Positions 21,146 to 29,821 of a DNA stretch of 64,000 nucleotides are shown piece after piece. The notes beneath the pieces are model-generated. The model was given only the letters and a program-made list of their open reading frames with translations, made no database searches and was not told the DNA's origin. The DNA lies in NCBI GenBank assembly GCA_963782115.1, contig CAWAIK010000001.1:1-64000 (forward strand), written 5' to 3'. This DNA is from an uncultured Verrucomicrobiae bacterium (GTDB lineage: Bacteria > Verrucomicrobiota > Verrucomicrobiia > Chthoniobacterales > JAFAMB01). The position numbers and the translations under genes are program-made. Position 1 is the stretch's first letter, and the number at the start of each line of letters is the position of its first letter.

Positions 21146-22141
21146 ATGGGGAAGATTGATTTCGACGAGATCCGGCGCCACTTTCCTTTGCCGGTATATT
21201 GTGAGGCCCGCGGAATTCGGTTGAAACGCTCCGGACGGTTTTTGATCGGAAAATGTCCCGTCCACCAAGAGCGAAACGGTGAAGCGTTCACGATCGATCC
21301 TGAGGCCCAGCGGTGGCGTTGTCGCGGCAAGTGTTCACGTGGCGGAGACGTCATTGATCTGGAACAAGCACTCGGAGGTGGCACGCCGATGGAAGCGACT
21401 GCGCGCCTTATCGCTGGCACATCCAGCTGGGACGCGCCCACTCAACCCAGGAGCGAACAAAAGCCACGAAGCACTTCAGAATGGAGTTGGCGTGAACATC
21501 TCCGAGCCGGGAGTGCAAGTGAATTGCCGCACCTCGCCAACCACCGAGACGTTGCAATTGAAGGTGTTCGCGAAGCTCACGCTCGCGGACTCCTCCGCTT
21601 CATAGACAGTCTCGAAGGTGTCGCATGGGTAATCACGGATAAAACTCGCAAGCAGGCTGTCTGGCGTCGTCTCGACGGCAAATCTTGGAACAGCGGAGCA
21701 AAGGCAAAGCTTCTACCCGGTTGCACTGGTAAGACACCGATCGCGGTTCCCGAGGTTTTACCGTTCGAGGCTATCTCGATCGTCGAAGGCGGTCCGGACG
21801 CTCTCGCATGCTTTGGGCACGCGTGGGCGGACGGTTGCGCGGATCAACTCGGCGTTGTCTGTATGCCGAACACGAACGCGGACTTTGGGCTCGAAGACGC
21901 TCGACTCCTTGGCGGGAAGCGGTTCCGAATCTTTCCGCACTCGGACGAAGCCGGGGTAAAGGCGGCCCTTCGTTGGTGCGATCAACTCGAGCCGATAGCG
22001 GCAATCGTCACCATTTACCAATTCGCCGGACTATTTGGGACCGACGGCAACCCCCTGAGGGATTTGAACGATCTCGCACGGATCGACTACGACTCGTGGG
22101 AGATGAACCGCTCCGGCATCGAGGGGTTGATGAGGTTTTAA
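21146..22141 (+). CDS. Primase-like protein (CHC2 zinc finger plus TOPRIM-like domain)
   Basis: CPVHQE..WRCRGKC..GDVID; IVEGGPDAL; HSDEAG; RDLND. Confidence 0.8.
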   Translation: MGKIDFDEIRRHFPLPVYCEARGIRLKRSGRFLIGKCPVHQERNGEAFTIDPEAQRWRCRGKCSRGGDVIDLEQALGGGTPMEATARLIAGTSSWDAPTQPRSEQKPRSTSEWSWREHLRAGSASELPHLANHRDVAIEGVREAHARGLLRFIDSLEGVAWVITDKTRKQAVWRRLDGKSWNSGAKAKLLPGCTGKTPIAVPEVLPFEAISIVEGGPDALACFGHAWADGCADQLGVVCMPNTNADFGLEDARLLGGKRFRIFPHSDEAGVKAALRWCDQLEPIAAIVTIYQFAGLFGTDGNPLRDLNDLARIDYDSWEMNRSGIEGLMRF

Positions 22142-22143
22142 GG

Positions 22144-23496
22144 ATGGTCGGGACCATTTCAGCGGAGCAATTCCGGCAAGCGCACGGAAGGCCGGAAGGA
22201 GAGAAGCCGGACGGTGCCGAACCAATAACTTTGCCTTTCCCGGATTTGTCTTTTGATGCCTTATACGGGCTTCCGGGAGAATTGGTAACGGCGATTGATC
22301 CACACACAGAGGCAGACCAAGCGGCAGTTTTAACACATCTCTTAGTTGCGTTTGGAAATCTTGTTGGTGCGTCGCCTTATTTTGAAGTGAGTGGCACCCG
22401 GCACGGCGTGAGACTCTTTAGCTGCATCGTTGGCAAAACCTCGAAAGGGCGCAAAGGTTCGTCATGGTCGTATGTGCGCCGCTTACTCCGCGAGATCGAT
22501 CCAGCTTGGTCCAAGGCTTGCCAAGCGTGCGGGCTTTCAAGCGGTGAGGGGTTGATTCACGCGGTTCGAGATCCTGTTAGGAAGCAGGAAGAGATCAAAG
22601 AAAGAGGAAAGCACACAGGCCGGTTTGAAGAAGTGTTGGTTGATTCTGGCGTCGAAGACAAGCGGCTTCTTGTAATCGAAGAGGAATTCGCCCGCGTGCT
22701 GAAGGCCACGCAGCGAGAAAGCAACATTCTTTCAACGGTGATCCGTAGCGCGTGGGACAGCGGAGACCTTCGGACTCTGACGAAAGGATCACCGGATAAA
22801 GCGACAGGCGCGCATATCTCCGTTATCGGCCATATCACTGAAGAAGAGTTGCATAGGCAACTTGCCGAAAATGAGTTCTTCAACGGATTCGCTAACCGTT
22901 TTCTTTGGGTGTGCGCCAAACGAACAAAGTTTTTGCCGGAAGGCGGTTCTTTGAATATGAGCGAGTTGACCCCGGCGATAAATCGACTCACCAAAGCAGT
23001 AAATTGGGCGACTCAAGTCGAGGAGATGGAGCGGGACGCGGAAGCTCGCGAATTGTGGATGTCTGTTTACCCTACCATGAGCGCGGAAAGTTCGGGTCAT
23101 TTTGGTGCAGCCACGTCACGGGCTGAGGCCCAGGTGTTGCGACTCTCTATGGTCTACGCGCTTGCAGATCATACCCGATTCATCACTGCTGCGCACCTTC
23201 GGGCGGCACTTGCCTTTTGGAAGTATGTAATTGATTCGACACGTTATCTATTCGCCAAGCAGGCCCTCAGCGATCACGCAATCAAGGCCCTGACCTACAT
23301 TCGATCGCATCCAGAAGGAGCGACACGAAGCGGGCTCTCCAACGAAGTCTTTCAGAGGAACCGAACCAAGCTACAAATTGCTGAAGATCTCGAAACCTTA
23401 CGCTCGTTAGATTTGGCGTACCCTCAAAGCGAAGCAACCAACGGACGTCCCCTCGAACGGTGGTTCAGTTCGAACGGCTCACATGGTACGAAATAA
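22144..23496 (+). CDS. DUF3987/YfjI-like P-loop protein (putative replicative helicase)
   Basis: VGKTSKGRKGSS, LSSGEGLI, IEEEFARVL, IRSAWD, GFANRFL. Confidence 0.8.
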   Translation: MVGTISAEQFRQAHGRPEGEKPDGAEPITLPFPDLSFDALYGLPGELVTAIDPHTEADQAAVLTHLLVAFGNLVGASPYFEVSGTRHGVRLFSCIVGKTSKGRKGSSWSYVRRLLREIDPAWSKACQACGLSSGEGLIHAVRDPVRKQEEIKERGKHTGRFEEVLVDSGVEDKRLLVIEEEFARVLKATQRESNILSTVIRSAWDSGDLRTLTKGSPDKATGAHISVIGHITEEELHRQLAENEFFNGFANRFLWVCAKRTKFLPEGGSLNMSELTPAINRLTKAVNWATQVEEMERDAEARELWMSVYPTMSAESSGHFGAATSRAEAQVLRLSMVYALADHTRFITAAHLRAALAFWKYVIDSTRYLFAKQALSDHAIKALTYIRSHPEGATRSGLSNEVFQRNRTKLQIAEDLETLRSLDLAYPQSEATNGRPLERWFSSNGSHGTK

Positions 23497-23677
23497 ACGA
23501 TTTACACGAAGAATGTCTGTTCATGCGGTTTTGCGGCGCGTGAGTCGGTACGAATATGTAGGAATTAAGTCTGCCGAAACCGGAGCCCATCCACTTAATT
23601 CGTATTTATTCGTTCGCGTGCGTGCCTTGCGAATCAAGTCTGGAAGCCTTTCTTCGTCAAAAACGTTTATTTCGTAC
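23486..23677. repeat. Nested inverted repeats, probable replication origin of the element
   Basis: 23486-23513 pairs with 23650-23677 (25/28); 23550-23570 pairs with 23593-23613 (18/21). Confidence 0.7.
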
Positions 23678-24212
23678 GCCGAAAAAGAGAAGTCTCTCAG
23701 AAGATCCGGCTCTCACCACGAAATGAACCAACCTACAACAGAGAAGTATCAAACGCTGTCCCAACAAAACGGGGACCTAGCGAACTTCGCAGAGGTGCGA
23801 CTAACCGACTCGCGTGCCGAAGATTTTAGGCCGGCAAAGCTGCCTATAGCGCTGGCCCTATACGCGTTCGGGCGCGAGGAGACGCCAGTGTTAAAAATCA
23901 TCAGGGAAGAGTAACGGAAAGACGACACATGCCATACACCACCGAACAAGTTCTCGCGGAGGCCCGACGCACTTTCCCGTTTACCGAGCTCTGGCGAATC
24001 TTAAGACTGCAACATCAGCCACGGATCAATTTTGTGATGCCGTGTCCCTACCGCCCATTGGCCACCGAAATGGATTTCCTTCCCGTAGACCCATTCCACT
24101 GGCGAGATCTGCGAACCGGCGAAACCGGAGATGCCTTCGGCGAAGACCCTGACGATTCTGGCGCAATCTTTTTCCTTACGCGCGAAGAGCGCCGCGCTGC
24201 TACTTTTCGGCG

Positions 24213-24616
24213 ATGGCCACATCGTGCCCAGATTCCCGGTTGGCAGAGCACCTCGCGAGGCTAAGCCCTCGAAGCAGATTCGCCAAAGAGCTCAGGAAAT
24301 TGCAACTTCAGCACCTTATTGTTCCAGCCTGCTGGAACACGACCGAAACCTCGGCTCCGTGGAAATAGCAAAAGAGCTTGGCGTTACGCCTCGGACCGTT
24401 CGAACCTACCTTCGAGAACGTAACGAGAGCCTCGTCGGACCGCGCAAGATCTTGCTACAAACGATCGACGAGACTGGAAAAGAGGTCTCCGCCGAACTTC
24501 TGCCGCTCGATCAATGCGCTCAGAAGCTTGGCATTTCCACGCGTGAACTCCGGCGCCGCATCTGGATGGAGCGACGCGATCGCATCGCCAAGCTCCGCGC
24601 AAAATACAGACCGTGA
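24213..24616 (+). pseudogene. HTH protein, frameshifted paralogue of 27771-28178
   Basis: MATS..RLAE.LA.L.PRS.FAKE.RKLQL.HL, then after the shift AKELGVTPRTVR.YLRER...AQKLGISTRELRR.IWMERRDRIAKLRA. Confidence 0.7.
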
Positions 24617-24632
24617 GCATACCATTGTGAAG

Positions 24633-25505
24633 ATGCTCGTGAAATTGATAATTGGTGCGCTAATGGTTCTCATCGCCTCGACGGCCTACTTGGCGTTGTT
24701 GCATTTGCATTCCACCGGAACCACCTCAACCGGCACCTACTCAACGACCTCGCCGTCTTTAGAAGACCAAAACAAAACGACAGCTTCTCATCCTTACCCA
24801 GGCCCAGAATCCCCAGCAGTATCGCCACAATACGCCGATCCTGTGACGTGGACCATACAGCCAATCGCAACCCGCGATTCAAGCGGAGGGATATTAATAT
24901 CCGCTTCAACAAACATTCCTGATGGCGTCAAGATCTGGGTGCAATTAGTGGACGGGTCAACGTCAAAAACGCACGTTTCAAATGGCAACTTTTCGTCGGA
25001 GCCATTCACCAAGAAAGGAAAGATAATACAAGCCGGACCCCACCAGGTTTCATTCCTTGCCTATTTTAACGAATTCTGGCAGCAACCCGCCGCGGTCCTA
25101 GAAATCACGGGGAAAGGAGGCAAACTATTAAAAGGAAAACTTTTTCACAAAACCGACCCGGATGTAATTGACAGTGACAAAATGCTTGAATACAGCACGA
25201 CCATCAACTTTCCCCCTGTCTCACGCGACCTAGAGGCAATTTCATTGGTTAAATCAGCCACTTTGGTGGTTGATGGAACCCGTTCAAGCGCAACAATAGG
25301 TGAAACCGTGGATTGGTTTTTGAAGCCGGGTACCGGAATAAAAATGGGAGCGGGCTGGAAGGCTGTCGCAAAGGTCCTCGATACTTACGAGGTTCAGCTT
25401 GATATAACCGGTGGTCCTGCGATCTGGCAGGCTGATCTGCGCGCTAAGAAAGTCAAATACATTAATAAGGTCGCCAAAGATATGAGTTATCTGCCCCCTT
25501 ATTGA
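24633..25505 (+). CDS. Membrane-anchored hypothetical protein
   Basis: N-terminal TM helix, Thr/Ser linker, beta-rich domain. Confidence 0.7.
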   Translation: MLVKLIIGALMVLIASTAYLALLHLHSTGTTSTGTYSTTSPSLEDQNKTTASHPYPGPESPAVSPQYADPVTWTIQPIATRDSSGGILISASTNIPDGVKIWVQLVDGSTSKTHVSNGNFSSEPFTKKGKIIQAGPHQVSFLAYFNEFWQQPAAVLEITGKGGKLLKGKLFHKTDPDVIDSDKMLEYSTTINFPPVSRDLEAISLVKSATLVVDGTRSSATIGETVDWFLKPGTGIKMGAGWKAVAKVLDTYEVQLDITGGPAIWQADLRAKKVKYINKVAKDMSYLPPY

Positions 25506-25659
25506 CCAAAGTGCCGCTGGAGGTGAACCGATGAAATTGGTTTTTATCAGCTGGATCGCCGGTCGAACAACTCCGACACTGGACGCCGGGCTCCAGATTC
25601 AAGCTTTCCTCAAAAAGCAGCGCAGGTCGAAGTTTTCGGGGGCCGCCCGTTAAACCCCG

Positions 25660-25851
25660 GTGATGGTCCACCTTAAAGCCTGGCGCGACAAGGAGTATGG
25701 CCGGCGTGCCGAGGTTGCCAGGGAGGTCGGCACCACTCGCCAAACTGTGTCTGACTGGTTTGCTGGACGAAAACAGCTTACCGGGGAGCAAGCACTCGGT
25801 ATTCAGGAATTCCTCAAAATACAGCGCCGGTCTCGCCCCAAACGTTCATAA
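25660..25851 (+). CDS. Small XRE/Cro-like HTH protein
   Basis: RAEVAREVGTTRQTVSDWFAGR. Confidence 0.6.
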   Translation: MMVHLKAWRDKEYGRRAEVAREVGTTRQTVSDWFAGRKQLTGEQALGIQEFLKIQRRSRPKRS

Positions 25852-25963
25852 CGGATATACCCGACCATGGGCTGGAGACCCGAGGCGGGACGCACTTCTA
25901 CAGGACAAAATTCCTGCTGGTTTAAGGCCGCCAATTGAATAAAATCCCGGCGTTCAACTCTCT

Positions 25964-26506
25964 ATGCGACCACCTTTTCCGACCGATATCGAGAGCGAAT
26001 TGAGCTACGCTTATCTCCACGCCGTAGCTTCTCACGCTTCAATGAGTTGCCGCATCTCGAACCGGCTGGAGGATAACAACGGCATCGATGCGCAGATCAC
26101 TGCCTGGGGACCGTTTCCAGAAGGCGGTGATCTACAGGAGGTTGATCTGAAGATTCAGTTGAAAGCCACAATCGAGACGCCAACGGACTATGGCACATAC
26201 TATTCTTACTTCTTCAGGGGGATTCGACAATACGAGGATCTGCGAAAAGATACTGTCGCCACTCACAGAATACTCGTGGTACTGTTTTTGCCGAGGGACA
26301 ACCGGGAATGGTTAGCTCATGACGTCGAAGCTCTTACGATACGAAAATGTGCGTTTTGGGTGAGTCTCAGAGGCGCTCCCGACCCAGGGAATACTACCGG
26401 GGAGACAATTAAAATACCTAAAGACCAGTCCTTTAGTCCCGATAATCTAAAACAATTGATGGCTCAGCTTTCGCGACGGCAGATCCCGACCTACGAGAAT
26501 CTATGA
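25964..26506 (+). CDS. DUF4365-family PD-(D/E)xK nuclease-like protein
   Basis: ELSYAYLHAVASHA, DNNGIDA, KIQLKAT, RILVVLFLP, CAFWVSLRG. Confidence 0.85.
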   Translation: MRPPFPTDIESELSYAYLHAVASHASMSCRISNRLEDNNGIDAQITAWGPFPEGGDLQEVDLKIQLKATIETPTDYGTYYSYFFRGIRQYEDLRKDTVATHRILVVLFLPRDNREWLAHDVEALTIRKCAFWVSLRGAPDPGNTTGETIKIPKDQSFSPDNLKQLMAQLSRRQIPTYENL

Positions 26507-27657
26507 GCTGTGAATTTTACGTTTCCGCGACAGATTTACGCGACTACGCGAAGGCGCTGGGTTGGGTCGTGGACCAGAAGGCTGTACGCGACCGCCTTTA
26601 CGTTCTTACCAATCCTCGCTTCGCAAGGAGACAGTTGGTGTTCCCAATCGAAGCCACAGCGCCAGATTATTGCGAATCAGTGCGCAGCGTTGCCGAGAAG
26701 CTGGCGGAGACCGAACAGAAGCCACTTCAATCGATTTTGAACAGCTTGCAGGCGGTCCGAGATGACACGCTTAGATTCGGCATCACATTTGATCGGAACT
26801 CGACGTCTGCACTTCCCCTACTATTCGTAGCGTCAATCGTCGAAGGCGCTCAGCAACTCCTAAGGGCCGCGGCTTGCACCGTAGTGAATCCACAGAGGCA
26901 TCACCCTAGACTCAATCGAACTGAAGCTCAATTGCTGGTCGACAAATCGGAATTTCGTCACACGGAACTTGGGAGCTTCGTTCTTCGTGTTTCATGTCCG
27001 GTCGATGCTTTGGATGCTCAAGGTGAGTTACTGGGAGACGAAAGATCCGCACCCTTCGTACGGCGGGCCATGGTCACCGTAGCCCGCTCGGTTGAACGAT
27101 TGGTATCATCAGTCGAAGCAGACACGCTGGATACGTTGGTTCAGGATACGAAGGATGAGACTGAGCCAATTATCTCGTCGAACTTGTGCGATGCGCTTGT
27201 TCGCTTCAGAGATGAAGGGTTGAATAATGCGCTGGAGGTATCTGTTTCTTGGGCTGCGTCAAAGCCATTTCATGAAACCTCATCTGTCATACGGCCAATC
27301 CTGATTCAACCGGACTATTTCCCACGAATTGAAGGAGTCGGTCGAGCTTTGCGTAGTGCAGAGACGCACCGTGAAGACACATTCGTCGGAACCGTCGAGA
27401 GTCTCAACGGAGAAATTGGCTCTGATGGCAGACGCGCAGGAGAAGTTATTGTCGCGCTGCTGATGAAGGACGAAAGGGAGTTGATTCGCGCAAGAATAGA
27501 TCTGACAGCTGACCAGTACGAAGTCGCTGATAGAGCTCATATGACCTATGGAGCTTACGTACTGGTAGCTGGCAAGCTTCACCCAGGCCGCCAGCCAAGG
27601 AGTCTTACGGAAATTAGGCGGTTTGAGATGACGAACCTGAATTCCTCGATCTTATGA
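26503..27657 (+). CDS. Conserved hypothetical partner of the DUF4365 gene
   Basis: 384 aa; ATGA overlap with the upstream gene; HTELGSFV and SSNLCDAL motifs. Confidence 0.85.
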   Translation: MSCEFYVSATDLRDYAKALGWVVDQKAVRDRLYVLTNPRFARRQLVFPIEATAPDYCESVRSVAEKLAETEQKPLQSILNSLQAVRDDTLRFGITFDRNSTSALPLLFVASIVEGAQQLLRAAACTVVNPQRHHPRLNRTEAQLLVDKSEFRHTELGSFVLRVSCPVDALDAQGELLGDERSAPFVRRAMVTVARSVERLVSSVEADTLDTLVQDTKDETEPIISSNLCDALVRFRDEGLNNALEVSVSWAASKPFHETSSVIRPILIQPDYFPRIEGVGRALRSAETHREDTFVGTVESLNGEIGSDGRRAGEVIVALLMKDERELIRARIDLTADQYEVADRAHMTYGAYVLVAGKLHPGRQPRSLTEIRRFEMTNLNSSIL

Positions 27658-27770
27658 GGCCGCCGCCATCGGTACGACATTCTCTGCCTGAGCGGGGGGT
27701 AATCGGCAACGTTTCCGCTGCAATCTTTTTCCTTACGCGCGCGTAAAGGGCCGGCGCTACTTTTTCCGCC

Positions 27771-28178
27771 ATGGCAACATCTCGCAAAGAGTTCCGGCTC
27801 GCAGAGAGACTTGCGATGTTAGCACCTCGAAGCAAATTCGCCAAAGAGTTCAGGAAATTACAACTTGAGCACCTTTTAGCCTCCAGCATCCTGGATTCCG
27901 ACAGATTTGCCGGCGCCGCTGAACTGGCCAAAGAACTTGGCGTCACACCCCGGACCGTCCGAAACTACTTGCGTGAACGCCGACTTGCGTTGTTCGGTCC
28001 TGATCGGGTTACCGCGCACTGGTACGCCGACGAGGCGTTCACCAAGCAAACGGCGGTCGAGGTTTTAACGATGGATGAATATGCTCAGAAGCTGGGCATT
28101 TCCACGCGTGAATTGCGGCGCCAGATTTGGATGGAGCGACGCGATCGTATCGCCAAGCTCCGCGCAGAATACAAATAA
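27771..28178 (+). CDS. HTH-containing hypothetical protein
   Basis: AELAKELGVTPRTVRNYL and a second HTH-like segment AQKLGISTRELRR. Confidence 0.7.
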   Translation: MATSRKEFRLAERLAMLAPRSKFAKEFRKLQLEHLLASSILDSDRFAGAAELAKELGVTPRTVRNYLRERRLALFGPDRVTAHWYADEAFTKQTAVEVLTMDEYAQKLGISTRELRRQIWMERRDRIAKLRAEYK

Positions 28179-28370
28179 TGGGCACTAACCCCGGATCTGG
28201 ACAGACCCCGGATCGAGCCACTTTAGCTCGGCGCATCAACGGCGCGAAGAGCCGCAATCGCCTCCGGCTTTTTGACCCGACTCACACAGTTCTTTGTGAG
28301 CCAACCAATTCAAACATTGTTATTTCGAAGCGCCTTCCGACATTCACTCCAATTGAAATCGCATGGAGTA

Positions 28371-28417
28371 TGTGGCTTCGGATCACAGGGTTGCAGGTTC
28401 GAGCCCTGCCGGGTGCA
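28371..28417 (+). pseudogene. 3' half of tRNA-Arg(TCG), att-like remnant
   Basis: Anticodon arm TGTGG-CTTCGGA-TCACA, T-arm GCAGG-TTCGAGC-CCTGC, acceptor strand CGGGTGCA; no matching 5' half. Confidence 0.75.
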
Positions 28418-28990
28418 AAACCTTTACTATAAGGAACTTACAGGCGGTTCGAGAGAACTCAAAAAATCAGTAAAATAAAGGCTGCATCCTCATTTTATCC
28501 TCACTTTTTGTGTTCAAGTTGGCGCTTCGGCAAAGTTGCATCCTCGTTTTTCATCCTCACTTTCTGGCGCATTCGGTAAGGATCTATTCGGATTCCCGGG
28601 TTGCCGGCGTTCCCGGCCCGCGGCGTTCAAATGCACAAATCATTCACATTTGCGACCCCGGGCACCGGGTCGTTATCTGGCCGATCGCCCGCGACCTCTC
28701 GCCGGTTTATGTCGTCGCCGGTGACATGACTTCCAAATGTGTCGCATAAACTCGGAAATTGAATCAAGACGATTTCGGGGCAGAGATTGACGCGACGCTT
28801 GATCGACCGATCGCCGACGCTACGCCCGTGTCGGCGGGCTCGGGTGCAACCGCCAAGGTCAATGGACGGGTCATCGAATCAAAACGCCCGTGCGGTCGTC
28901 CTGGTGCGTTCTCGGTTTTTGGCCGGGGTTCGAGCTTTAGCGCAACCGCTTGCTCTTGAGTCGGCGAAGCTGCTAAAACTCTCGACTGAA

Positions 28991-29551
28991 ATGGATGACT
29001 CTCAGCCGAGCATTTCTCCGTCTCCAACGCGTCAACGATTCTTGCGCCGACAGCCGCTTGGCATTTTTGTCCTGCTCGGCGTTTTCGTCTTCCTTTTCTG
29101 GTTGGGTTCGCTCGCGTTCGTATGCCATCGATTGAACGTCCCTCATCTTGAAGAACATCGCCTTCAGACGATCGCTCAAGTCGGCGAAGCGATGGCGATC
29201 ACAGGCGTTCTTTTCTCGGGACTTGGATTCGTCGCCCTAATCGCAACGGTCTGGCTTCAGCGCAAACAGATCGAAGCTGCGATTCAAGGCATGGAAGAAT
29301 CGACGAAGGCGCAACGCGACAATCTTGCAACATTGCAAGCTCAAAGCGAGAACACCTTGGCGGTCGCGAAGATCAGTGCGCTCGCTGTGCGGATTTCAGC
29401 TTATAATTCAGACATCATCGACGCGGCCATCAGAGACCCGGTCAAAAAAGTACGATCAGAAGAGAAAAGGAATAGTCTTGTTGAAGAACTCGAAGCTGAA
29501 CTCCAAAAGCTGAAGGAGAAAGAGAAGTCGGGGGGCACCATTGCCGAATGA
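28991..29551 (+). CDS. Two-TM plus coiled-coil hypothetical protein
   Basis: Two hydrophobic segments, GVLFSGLGFVALIATVWLQRKQ, coiled-coil tail. Confidence 0.7.
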   Translation: MDDSQPSISPSPTRQRFLRRQPLGIFVLLGVFVFLFWLGSLAFVCHRLNVPHLEEHRLQTIAQVGEAMAITGVLFSGLGFVALIATVWLQRKQIEAAIQGMEESTKAQRDNLATLQAQSENTLAVAKISALAVRISAYNSDIIDAAIRDPVKKVRSEEKRNSLVEELEAELQKLKEKEKSGGTIAE

Positions 29552-29821
29552 ATCCCGACGGACCTTCCGGGCGGCCCGATTTCCGATCCCGGCCTGAACG
29601 TGGTAAAGCAAAGCCGGCATGAAGCACCATTTCGACCGCGGCTCTGATTCCGACTTTTGCGACCCGGGCGGATGGAACAAAGCGAGTTATTCAGCGCATC
29701 CAATCGATGCCTCCTTACGATAGAGAACAGTCGCGAACAATTGCGCACGTGTTCTGACAAAGTGTTCTGATTGAGGATGTTTGAGCGGGTTCCATCATTG
29801 CACCGGGTGCGCCCCGCGGAC

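Noticed and set aside
21808..22143. N-terminal 112 aa of the 562-aa ORF
   Set aside because: It overlaps the primase in another frame; the ATG at 22144 is the likely start
28340..28420. Complete tRNA-Arg gene
   Set aside because: No 5' acceptor strand (GCACCCG) or D-arm upstream; only the 3' half is present
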